This document shows, in pieces, positions 26,898 to 37,599 of a stretch of 64,000 bases of DNA. A model generated the notes under the pieces. The model was not told the DNA's origin. It saw only the letters and a list, made by a program, of their open reading frames with translations, and made no database searches. Each line of letters starts with the position of its first letter. Position 1 is the stretch's first letter. Origin of the DNA: Squalus acanthias. Lineage: Eukaryota. Both the position numbers and the translations under genes were made by a program. The DNA lies in the NCBI GenBank assembly GCA_030390025.1, contig CM059432.1, positions 82,462,001 to 82,526,000 on the forward strand, given 5' to 3'.

Positions 26898-28295
26898 GGG
26901 GGTGAAATTGGATCTTATTTTTACAGGGCCATGTCTCGCGCCCCAAGGGTACCTGAAATACATCCGATGCCATATTGGCTCAGACATCCCTGGTGGCCGC
27001 CTTAAATGGGCATTAGGCGCCTTCCATATGCTAATGAGTGTTTAAGGACCCCTCTGACTGCACCGGGCATGCTCTACTCAGGTTTTCCAGTTTCTTCTGC
27101 AACCTAACCGCTGGAACCTGCCAACAGAAAGGAAAGTTTTTTTCTTTTTAACTTAGTTAATGTGGAGCCAGGAGGAGCAGAGGTGTGCCCCCTGGCTCCA
27201 CGGCATGACTGTAGGCCGCTGCAGGCCCACGTTCGCCTCCCCATCCTCCCAGAACCTATCTGAGCACTGCTGTTAACATAGAAGATAGGAGCAGGAGTAG
27301 GCCATTCGGCCCCTCGAGCCTGCTCCGCCATTCGATGAGATCATGGCTGATCATCTAAACTCAGTACCCTGTCCCTGCCCTCTCCCCATATCCCTTGATA
27401 CCTTTAGCTTTAAGAAATATATCTAACTCATCCTTGAATATATTTAATGAATTCACCTCAACTACCTTCTGTGGTAGAGAATTCCACAGGTTCACCACTC
27501 TCTGGGTGAAGAAATTCTTCCTCATTTCTGTCCTAAATGGTTTACCCCTTATCCGTAGATTATGACCCCTGGTTCTGGACTCTCCGACCATCGGGAACAT
27601 TCTTCCTGCATCTAGTTTGTCCAGACCTGTCAGAATTTTATATGTTTCGATGAGATCCCCTCTCATTCTTCTATACTCCAGTGAGTATAAGCCCAATCGA
27701 CCCAATCTCTCCTCATATGTCATTCCTGCCATCCCAGGTATCAGCCTTGTGAATCTTCGCTGAACTCCCTCCATGGCAAGAACATCCTTCCTCAGATAAG
27801 GCGACCAAAACTGCACACAGTACTCAAGGTGTGGTCTCACCAAGGCCCTGTACAACTGCAGCAGGACATCCCTGTTCCTATACTCAAACCCTTTCGCTAT
27901 GAAGGCCAACATACCATTTGCCTTCTTCACCGCCTGCTGCACCTGCATGCTTACTTTCAGCGACTGGTGCACAAGGACACCCAGGTCTCGTTGCACTTCC
28001 CCTTCTCCCAATCTATTGCCATTCAGATAATAGTCTGCCTTTCTGTTTTTGACTCTGCCTTTCTGTTTTTGACTCTGCCTTTCTGTTGTTGGTATCATAG
28101 CTGGCTCAAATTAGTCTAAAAGAAACCGGCAAGCTGCCTCAGGAGGCCCGACAGGCGCCTGCAATTCAGAGGAATTATTCAACTGAGGCCCAAGACCCAA
28201 TTTCAGATGAGCTTCGGGCCTTCGACTTCTGGCGCATGCTGTGAGCCCGCCGACCATTTTGAGTCCGAAAACAGACCTAGATGAATTTTTCCCCC
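26898..28295. mobile_element. Harbinger-type MITE carrying a nested CR1 fragment
   Basis: TIRs GGGGGTGAAATT / AATTTTTCCCCC; flanks ACT/ATT. Confidence 0.65.
27275..28087 (-). mobile_element. Young 5'-truncated CR1 (open ORF2 C-terminus)
   Basis: Uninterrupted frame [38 protein letters not shown], plus 3' tail. Confidence 0.92.
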
Positions 28296-28629
28296 ATTTA
28301 GAGGAAGGTTCACTAATCTGACCATATCTCAGACTGATATAGAAGGAGGCTCACTATCCATCTTTTCTTGGCTCACTATTCTGTCAGATTTATCTAGAAG
28401 GATCTGGACAGATGTTCACTATCCCTATTGCCCTCCAGCTGATCTGCAAGGAGGCTCACTATTCTGCCTGTGTCTACTAAATGCACAAGACCAAACAAAT
28501 GTGAAAATGTTTTCAAAAATTAAAAAAAGTACCTTGAAGAATGATTCAAACAAATACACCCTCACTGGGGTAAAAAAGGTAAACATAGTTTGACTTCAAC
28601 AGTTCCAGGTGTTCATGACATCTCATTTC

Positions 28630-28870
28630 TGTAAAATAAAAAGGAAAAAGTGCAAATGCTGGAAATCTGAAATAAAAGAGAAAATGCTGAAAATACACTG
28701 CAGGTCAGTCAGCAGCTATAAAGAGATAAGGCAGGTTATAACATTTCACATGTATACCCTTCATCAGAACAATGAAAGGTGCACACCCAAAATGTCATAA
28801 TCTGTCTTTTCTCTTTACAGAGGCTGACTGACCTGCTGTGTATTTCCAGCATTTTCTCTTTTATTTTACA
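28630..28870. mobile_element. Inverted pair of Penelope-like 3' terminal repeats (degenerate fold-back element)
   Basis: Arms AAATAAAAGAGAAAATGCTGAAAATACACTGCAGGTCAGTCAGC / GCTGACTGACCTGCTGTGTATTTCCAGCATTTTCTCTTTTATTT, homologous to 37278-37379; degenerate CTGATGA..GAAA core. Confidence 0.75.
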
Positions 28871-29561
28871 TCTTTCATCTGATTGTTTTAATAATGTCAA
28901 ATTATCCTGTAGCTACAGCTTTTATAAAATGTTCTTCATGTCATAACATAAAGAATGACCTAATCCAATTTTACTGCAGACATCAGGATCATCCTTGGGA
29001 GAGTGGGAATGGCCAAGACTGTGGCCGCGATTATGCCGGCGCTCAGAGGGCGGGTGTGGAGGCGGGTCAGAGGTTAAATTCATTTTGATTGACGGCGGGT
29101 TCCGAACCCGCCATCATCCCGCCTCCACGCAACTTTGCCAAGTGTCGGGTCTGGGAGTCCCGATGGGACCCGCCACCAAGCGACGGGAGAGGCACTTAAG
29201 GCAGTTAACAGCTTGTTAACTGCCTACATAATCCCATTTTAACAGCCTCTTCCCATTTTACAACATTTTCAGCGTGTTCCACATCATTCGCAAAACACAC
29301 CAGCTGATTGTGCTGGGTTCAGCAACTAGGCGAATTCTTGACAGCTGCACCTGCAGCATAAAAGCGGACCTGTAACATGGCTGACTTTCAGATGACAGAA
29401 CTTTGTGTTTTGAGGTGTTGGAACACATTTTGCAGGTCTATTGAGCTTGTAAGTGGTTAAGCTGAGATCCATATGCACTGTGACCTCCTTGGAAAACCGT
29501 CTCCCCACATTGACTGACCACTTATAACATCTATTCCTCAACTGAGATATATACCAGCGGA

Positions 29562-30776
29562 ATGGGAACCATTTATACCCTCTCATTCTGGTCCTCAGAA
29601 TCGGAGGAAGAGCAGCTGCGGCAGCAGCAGAACCAGGCACAACAGCAGCAGCAACAACAGGAGTGGCAACCTCCTCCTCAGCCACCTGATGGTGCACAGG
29701 GCAGAGGGCGTCAGCGCAGGGCTGCACCTCACCACAGGAGATACCCCCAACACAAGGTTTACAAGCAGAGGATGAGCTTCCTCAACATGAGTGAGGAGCA
29801 GTGCCAAAGGAGGCTGAGACTTTCGCGAGAGGTAGTCGCTGACATCTGCGCAATGCTGTACCAACACCTGGAGCCCAGAGGAGTGGGTGGACACTCCTTA
29901 CCAGTGGCTGTCAAAGTCACCACCGCACTCAATTTTTTTGCTTCAGGGTCCTTCCAGGGATCATCAGCAGACATCAGCGGCATCTCCCAGTCGGCCGCAC
30001 ACACTTGCATCACGCAGGTTACCGATGCCCTCTTTGGAAAGGCGCACAATTACATCCACTTCTCCACGGATGAAGCAAGTGTAACCGCGCGTGCGGTTGG
30101 CTTTGCAAATATGGCAGGCTTGTCAAGGGTGCAGGGCGTCATAGACTGCACACATGTGGCTATTAGGGCACCCCATCACAACCCAGCTGTATTTGTCAAC
30201 CGCAAGGGCTTCCACTCCCTTAACGTCCAGCTGGTGTGTAACCACAGGAAGAACATTATGCATGTTTGCAGCAAGTTCCCTGGCAGTTGCCATGACTCGT
30301 TCATCCTGCGGCAGTCTACTGTGCCTCAGCTCTTCAATCCACCAACCCAACTTTCCGGATGGCTACTTGGAGACAAGGGCTATCCCCCAAAGACGTGGCT
30401 AATGACACCGTTGAGGAAGCCATCAAACAAAGCTGAGGAGCGCTACAATGTGAGCCACATTTCCACCAGAGCCATCATCGAGCAAACCATCGGCTTGCTC
30501 AAAATGCGATTCAGATGCCTCGACAAATCAGGTGGAGCCCTACAGTACTCACCAGCCAGGGTCTCCAAAATCATCGTGGTCTGCTGTGCACTGCACAACA
30601 TCGCACAGCAGCGTGGCTTACCGCTGCCTGAGGAACAAGTGGCTCAGTGCACAGGCTCCTCGGAGGAGGAGGAGGAGGAAGACCTTGCGGAGGCGGATGT
30701 GCCAGTTCCACCAGCACGCGAGCAGATTGTTGGTCGTGATGCAAGGGATGCACTAATCCATGCCAGATTCACTTAA
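29562..30776 (+). CDS. Harbinger DDE transposase (HARBI1-like), intact 404 aa
   Basis: ATG-to-TAA open frame with [44 protein letters not shown]-rich N-terminus and acidic tail. Confidence 0.93.
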   Translation: MGTIYTLSFWSSESEEEQLRQQQNQAQQQQQQQEWQPPPQPPDGAQGRGRQRRAAPHHRRYPQHKVYKQRMSFLNMSEEQCQRRLRLSREVVADICAMLYQHLEPRGVGGHSLPVAVKVTTALNFFASGSFQGSSADISGISQSAAHTCITQVTDALFGKAHNYIHFSTDEASVTARAVGFANMAGLSRVQGVIDCTHVAIRAPHHNPAVFVNRKGFHSLNVQLVCNHRKNIMHVCSKFPGSCHDSFILRQSTVPQLFNPPTQLSGWLLGDKGYPPKTWLMTPLRKPSNKAEERYNVSHISTRAIIEQTIGLLKMRFRCLDKSGGALQYSPARVSKIIVVCCALHNIAQQRGLPLPEEQVAQCTGSSEEEEEEDLAEADVPVPPAREQIVGRDARDALIHARFT

Positions 30777-31039
30777 GTTTAAGAAGCAAACACATGTGGC
30801 TGCCACCTTCTTAACACACCATACACCATCTGTACAATAAACTGTGGGTTCCTATCACTCTCACCACCATCATTACAGATGAAAGGCGCCCTGACCCCTC
30901 ACTGTGACACTTCCATTTCTGGGCACACATAGGCCAACTCTTTGAATCTTTGCCATCGCATTTCTTTATTACAATTGAAATGACGATGATAATCTTCAAT
31001 TTGTATTACATCAAAACACCCAAGTGACTACCCTTGTGA

Positions 31040-32954
31040 CTATTTGTGTGCTAACTTTCTCTTACGCGTGATTCTATGTGGTGCTTCCCCTGTGGCTTCA
31101 GTAGATGTAGAGGCACCTTGCTCACTTTCATGCTGCTCCTGCTTCGACACCTTCGGTGGGCGTCCTCTGGGTTTGGGAGCCTGGGAGGGCTCAGCAACAA
31201 TCTGCTCCTCCTGCGGCTGTGCAGGGGCTGAGACGGCCATCTCAGTTGGGTGAGGAATCTGGGGCTCTGACTGAGGGCTCCGCAGTGGCATGGGAGTGTG
31301 AGCGCTTGGAGAGGAGCTCACACTTCCTTGTTGTCAACCACCAACATCCCTCTCATGGATTACCCGCACTTCACTGCTAGCAAGTAGCTGGAGAGCACCT
31401 AGCTGCACATCAGTGGGGCCATGAGGACCCGTCTCTGTACTGACAGTCCTCATAATGGGGATGTCCATGTACCTCTGGTGTCTCTCCTCAATAGCTGCCC
31501 ATCTGTCCTCCATAGCAGAGCATCTATTTAGAAGAGTCACCATGTTCTGTTGAGTCTGGCGACTTATGTCCTCCAAGGAGGTTGCCACCCTCTCCATGGT
31601 GGCACGTTCATGCGCCATTGCCTCCACAATGGCATTGCTTATGTTTGAGATGGACTCCTCCATTCTCTGCACACTCGCAGTTACCGTGGATGCAAAACCT
31701 GCCAGAGACTCCTGCACTTGTTGCTGAAGTTCCAGCACCACTCTCTTTCTGGATGGCCCCAGAAGCACAGGGTCCACATGCAGCTGAGCAGAGCTAGGAG
31801 CGCCCTACGGCCTCCGCCGAGGACTCTCCACTGCTGTCCCTGTCTCCACCATCTGCTGATGCTCACTTGTGAGCTGTGATACACCAGGTGACAACACTAG
31901 TCTATCTCGCGAATGACCCACCGAGGTGTGCGTCTCTGCGCTGGTGCTGGGTGCGCTCAATTCTGCTGACACTGCACCCTCAGAGGTTGCAGCTTCCTCT
32001 GAGGAGTCTTCCGGCTCTTCCTCCTGGACAGTGGGGAGGGGGGCTCTCGATGGTCCTGTGGGGGAGTAAAGGCATGAGTTAGACATGTGATATTAACGTA
32101 GCATGCACATTGAATTGTGCAGATGATCAGAACTCAATCTGTATGAACATCAGATGCCATATCAGTCACTCATGCAATCTAAATGAGAGGGTTGCAAATC
32201 TATTCTGTCACCAGCTTGCTCTACTGCGCCCGTCTGACCGTCCCCCACTTCCAGATCCTCAGCACCTCCGACGATGTCGAGAACAGCCTCCTCAGCGGTG
32301 GTCAAGTGGGCAATCGAAGGTGGCCCTCCTCCTGTCCTGCCCCTCCCCCTCTTATTGTGGGCTCTCTTTTCCTGCAATGAGGGACACAAGTGGAGCTTGA
32401 GTGAGAATGTTGGAGTGAGTGTAGAGAATCCATTGCATAGATGCTTAGAGGGAGACAAAGATGGAGTGAGGTGCCAATACCAAGGGCCCTCCCTGTGCGT
32501 TGTTAGTTGTTATCATTGCATAACAGTGATAGCGAGTGTGAGGGGTGCATAGTAGAATGGTGGAGTCATTCTGTACATAGAGAGAGAGGGATGGTTAAGG
32601 GTGCAAGGGATGTACGGGTAAAGTGGGATGTGCAGGAGTAAGTTGACAATGCAGAGTGCTGGTGATGAGAGGAGATGGGGAGCAGATTGAAGGTAAGTGT
32701 GATGTTATACTCACTTTTGCTGAGCATAGCAGGTCATTGAACCTTTTCCTGCACTGAACCCAGGTGCGTGCACACAAAGACCTGGCGCTCACCTCCTCAG
32801 CAATTTGCAGCCAGGCTGCCTTGGTTTGCTGAGGAGGCTTCCTCTGTCCATTTGAGGGGAACAGTACCTCTTGACGCCCTCTCACTCCCTCCACAAGAGC
32901 ATGGAGGGAGTCATCATCGAATCTGGGAGATGCCTTTGGTCTTGAAGCAGTCAT
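31040..32954 (-). pseudogene. Harbinger Myb/SANT-like partner gene, 3 exons, ~471 aa, two in-frame stops
   Basis: Exon 1 32954-32715 (80 codons, AWLQIAEEV..RTWVQCRKRFNDL|gtgagt), exon 2 32371-32212, exon 3 32055-31040. Frame is preserved, with TAG at 31805-31807 and TGA at 31334-31336. Confidence 0.85.
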
Positions 32955-33284
32955 TTCGATATGTGCCACACCGAGAAGCAGCAGAATAGGAATGAACAAC
33001 AACAAGGCTGCATGGGCCCCTTAAATGCAGCTGGATGAAAGACGTCAGTAAAGGTGAGCAGCAGACCCGAACCCACTGATTGGACCGCGTAGCGCGCATG
33101 ACGGGCTTAATCAGCCCACTTAAGCAAAAATCGCAATTCCAGGGCTGCTGAAACCGGCAGCAGGACCGGAACCCGCCGAACATCAACGCGGCCTGTGTGT
33201 CTATGCGTGATGCAATGGTTTGCACATATTATTTGGAATGGTTATTTTTGTATGTGGCACTGGGGTGTTGTTCGAAGTGACATT

Positions 33285-34042
33285 GGCCCGTAATTTGCGG
33301 TCAGCTGTGAAGCAAAGGCGGTCGCCGCTGGTCCCGAAGAAAGTTTCCCACAAAGATCTCACGATCTCTGTGGCGAGAAGTTCAACTTTTTCGACGATCA
33401 GTTGAGATCAGTGCAGTGGGAATTCCAACTGCTGTGACATCAACAAGCTGTCTGAGCAGCCAATCACAATGCAGAATTCTCAGACAGGAAGTGAAGAAGT
33501 GCTTTTATTCTGACTTTCTAAAAATGTTAGAGAGAGCAAAACAAAGATTGGGGCTCTCACATGAGGAAAAGGTAAACCCGAAATAAATATGAACAAACTT
33601 TAAAAAAATATAATTTTTTGAAAGTTTCTTAAAAATTTTAATTTTTATTAAAATGGAGAAATTTGACACTCCACAAAATTAAAATTAGTTTTTCAGCGCT
33701 ATAATGTTTGTTTAGCAGTCAATACGCTATTAAAAGCCCAATTACATCTAATCCAACATGATCTAACTTTTAATGGGGTATTTAACAGCGATATTACCAC
33801 GGAAAAGCCAAAGTTTTAGTCAGTTTTACTGATTTCACTGATTACACTGATTGCCGGCTATGTGTGTGTGGGGGGTGGGGGGGTGGGGACAGCACAGCCA
33901 GTGTCGGAGCAGTGAATGACTGACCGCAACTTCAGGATTTCCGTGTTAGGATGTGCTAAATCCTGACGTTGCGGTCAGTTTCAAAGGGGTAATAACAGAA
34001 TGCTGTTCGTTAGCTGTTATTTCCCACCGCAAATTCCGGGCC
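33285..34042. mobile_element. Harbinger-type MITE (758 bp)
   Basis: TIRs GGCCCGTAATTTGCGG / CCGCAAATTCCGGGCC; flanks ATT/ATA. Confidence 0.8.
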
Positions 34043-34907
34043 ATAGTATATTTGAATTTTTTCGTGTAATATTGTGCCTTCATTTTGAAGACACACTTTT
34101 TAAACTGCGACGTGTAAGCAGGTTCAATCAAAGTTGCTAACTGCATGTTTTCTTGATCAATGCTCTGATTACTATCAATATCAAAAGTAATTACAACAAA
34201 TTACCAAGAGAAGCACTCTGATTAGTAATCTGCAGATCATGCATTGCATCATTTATGCTATTACAAGTAAACAGACAGATACACCTGTAACAGCATAAAT
34301 GATACAATACATAATCCTCCCAAATTAGGGCCTCTATTTATTAGGCGTAAATCAACATTTTAAGTACAAGTCTTAAAGGAGTGATGTGCTGTTTTACCAT
34401 GGTCCTTTAATGTACCCTATCCTTTCTAGCAGTAGCTACCGCCCCCAATTGCTTTCACATGTATTTCAAAATAATTGCACTGGCCTGCTCAAGTCGGTTT
34501 CTTAAAAGAAAATCACTTTGAGTTGCTGTTCAAAATGTTCCTCTTTTCATCTGTTTGCAATTATATTCTGCTGCCTTTTTCTCCATGCATGAGTTAGTTT
34601 TGAGGTCGAGTCCACCATTTTTGCATCCCCACCCCCCTTCCCCGCCCCATACTTTCTTTCATGATTTTTGTTTGCAACTGCCTTTTAAATGACGCATTAC
34701 AAAGTAATGTGAACAGGAATTCCTTTAGGGGGGTTCTGAGCACGTTGCATGATTTGGTCGAGAAAGAGGAGTTCAGGAGGGGCCAGCAAACACAAATATA
34801 ATACGGCCGATTTTCATTTTCAGCATGGGGGTAAAACTGACAATATCAGATTGGCCGCTTGTTAAACATCCCGCACAATTTTCCTTTCTATTGAAGTCAA
34901 CAGAATC

Positions 34908-36098
34908 CAAATCAAAGGTGTTGCTATGGGAACCTGCATGGGCCCTAGCTATGCCTGCCTTTTCATGGGATATGTGGAATATTCTTTGTTCCAGTCCTAC
35001 TCGGGTCCCCTCCCTCACCTCTTTTTCCGGTACATTGATGACTGTATCGGTGCCGTTTCCTGCTCTCGCCCTGAACTAGAACATTTCATTCGCTTTGCTT
35101 CCAATTTCCACTCTTCCCTCACCTTCACATGGTCCATCTCCGACTCTTCCCTTCCCTTCCTCGACTTCTCCGTCTCCATCTCTGGGAATAGACTATCGAA
35201 AAACATTCACTACAAGCCCACTGACTCCCACAACTACCTGGAATACACTTCCTCCCACCCCGCCTCCTGTAAGGACTCTATTCCCTTCTCCCAGTTTCTC
35301 CGTCTCCGCCGCATCTGCTCTGACGATGCCACCTTCCATACCAGTGCTTCCGACATGTCTTCCTTTTTCCTCAACCGAGGATTCCCCTCTACTGTGGTTG
35401 ACACGGCCCTCGACCGTGTCCGTTCTATCTCCCGCACTTCTGCCTTCACCCCTGCCCCTCCCTCCCGGAACCACGATAGAGTTCCCCTTGTCCTCATCTT
35501 TCACCACACCAGCCTCCACATTCAACGGATCATCCTCCGCCATTTCCGCCACCTCCAGCGTGATCCCACCACCAAACACATCTTCGCCTCACCTCCCCTT
35601 TCAGCATTCCGAAGGGACCACTCCCTCCGAGACACCCTGGTCCACTCCTCTATCACCCCCAACACCCCTTCCCCTTCGCCCAGCACCTTCCCGTGCAAGC
35701 GCAGGAGATGCAACACATGCCCTTATACCTCTCCCCTTCCCACTGTCCAGGGCCCCAAACACCCCTTCCAGGTGAAACAGCGATTTACTTGTACTTCTTG
35801 CAATTTAGTATACTGTATTCGCTGCTCACGATGTGGTCTCCTCTACATTGGGGAGACCAAACGCAGATTGGGTGACCACTTTGCGGAACACCTCCGTTCA
35901 GTCCGTAAGGGGGACCCCAAGCTTCCGGTCGCCTGTCACTTTAATTCTCCGCTCCACGCCCACTCAGACCTCACCGTCCTCGGCCTCCTGCATTGTTCCA
36001 CTGAAGCTCAGCGTAAGCTCGAGGAACAGCATCTTTCGATTAGGCACTTTACAGCATTCTGGACCCAACATTGAGTTCAACAATTTCAGATCATAACC
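34908..36098 (+). pseudogene. Penelope-like RT C-terminal half plus GIY-YIG endonuclease
   Basis: QIKGVAMGTCMGPSYA, RYIDD, LPFLD, YKPTD, CKRRRCNTC linker, LVYCIRCSRCGLLYIGETKRRLGDHFAEH. 5'-truncated, frameshift near the C-terminus. Confidence 0.9.
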
Positions 36099-36397
36099 TG
36101 GCCCCTATCATATATATATTTTTTATCCACACTTTTTCTTTGTGCCTTCTGTTCTTCTCTCCCACATGGCAGCTGTCTTTCATTCTGCCAGCGCAATTTA
36201 CACTTCATCTAGAGCCATCCTTTGTTTCTTAACCTGTCCCATTACCATCTCCTTTTGCCTTGAATATCTCTTAATGCCTCTTAACTTCTCCTGCCTTCTA
36301 TCCTATCACAGACCTTCCCTTTTGTTCTTTCATCCCCTCCCCCCTTTCCCAGCCCCTACACTTGCTTAAAAATCTGTTCCATTTCCTGCCTTTTTCC

Positions 36398-36430
36398 AGT
36401 TCTGACGAAAAGTCATCGACCTGAAACGTT
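36398..36430 (+). ncRNA. Minimal hammerhead ribozyme motif (family 1), interrupted; 3' strand of stem I lies at 37278-37281
   Basis: AGTT-CTGACGA-A-AAGTC-ATC-GACCT-GAAA-CG-TT | AACT. Confidence 0.7.
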
Positions 36431-37274
36431 GGGCTGGATTTTGTCAATGGGGACATGATGGAGGCGGGACTCCCACTTTTTGGGTTGTAGTCCCGCCTCC
36501 ATCGACTTGTGGCCAACCCACTCGATTTTCCCTTGATTGACCTTGTTGAGCCCGCCCAGTGGGCTCAGCAGGCCAATTAAGGGCCACCCGGCAACAGGTG
36601 ACGTCACAGATTGACATTTTATCTGTCAAGAGCTTTTGACAGATGAAATATCAGCGTTTGACAGCTCCTTGAAGCTGTCAAACACGGACAATCTGTCCTC
36701 TAAGTTAATTCCTTCCTCTCAGGCTGATTTAGAGATCTCTGCAGAACAAAAAGCAGAGGCTGCAGCTTTTGACAGCTCAACGGCCATTCTGCTTTCTGTG
36801 CCGGTGAGATTTCTGACTCCCAAGACCTGAAGGGCTGACACCTGCAGGAGGAAGTTAAGGTAAGTAAAACTTTTTTCCACACTTTACACTTACCTTACAC
36901 ACTTACCTCTGCACACATGCACCCATCACTCACCTGCCCACTGGACATCTCGACCCCTCCAACCCCTGCAGACCGACGGTCCACCTCGCTAAATCGGCGT
37001 GGTTCGGACCTGTTGGAAAGCCCACACTTCATGGCTAAAAATAGGGATTAGGCAAAAAATTGCCTGTTAACTACCTGTTAACAGGCAGTTTATTGGCACT
37101 AATCCCCTTCCCGCCTCGGGGAGGCGGGTTCCAGCACAGGTCGGATACCCGCCTCCTGTGAAACTGGCATGGAGGCGGGTTAGGGGCGGGATGGGTTCGG
37201 GACAACCGAATCTGCAATTTTAACCCCCCACACGCCTCCAAACCCGCCTCCAGGGGTCAATGGAAATTCTGCCC
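36431..37274. mobile_element. Harbinger-type MITE (844 bp) inserted in the Penelope terminal repeat
   Basis: TIRs GGGCTGGATTTT / AAATTCTGCCC, perfect GTT TSD; right end shared with 61495-62202. Confidence 0.85.
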
Positions 37275-37599
37275 GTTAACTCTGTTTCTCTCTTCACAGA
37301 TGCTGCCTGACCTGCTGAATATCTCCAGCATTTTCTGTTTGTATTTCAGATTTCCAGCATCCGCAGTATTTTCTTTTTGCAGAAAGGAAAATATGGTGGG
37401 GTGTATAAAGAGCGACCGATCCAAAACTGCCAGCTTTCCACCACCAGCGAAAGTGAAAATGACCCCCAATGATTTCTGAGGAGTTTTGACCACACCTGTC
37501 ACCACCCTGGGACCTGCATTTACTGACCCCCTTCACACGTGCTTTATTACATCCTCCAGTGCTTTACAACCAGTGGATTCACTTTTAAATAAAGTTTAC

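Larger units (their letters stand above)
29023..33193. mobile_element. Full-length PIF/Harbinger DNA transposon (4171 bp)
   Basis: Imperfect TIRs GGCCGCGATTATG / CATCAACGCGGCC, perfect TGT TSD (29020-29022, 33194-33196), convergent two-gene layout. Confidence 0.93.
34906..37379 (+). mobile_element. 5'-truncated Penelope-like retroelement (family 1)
   Basis: RT plus GIY-YIG ORF, pyrimidine-rich 3' UTR, hammerhead motif, tail CAGATTTCCAGCATCCGCAGT; CAGAA duplicated at both ends. Confidence 0.9.
34803..37467. mobile_element. Short palindromic MITE split in two (34803-34905 and 37380-37467) by a Penelope insertion
   Basis: The halves rejoin as GAAGTCAA-CAGAA-AGGAAAAT, matching the intact relative at 13135-13289; AAT flanks. 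Confidence 0.7.

Noticed and set aside
28533..28629. Minus-strand exon-like segment
   Set aside because: Stops in all three frames; the apparent acceptor is part of the Penelope fold-back end.
29562..30776. Host HARBI1 gene
   Set aside because: Lies between TIRs with a TSD and a Myb partner, and has decayed relatives in the same window, so it is treated as a transposon ORF.
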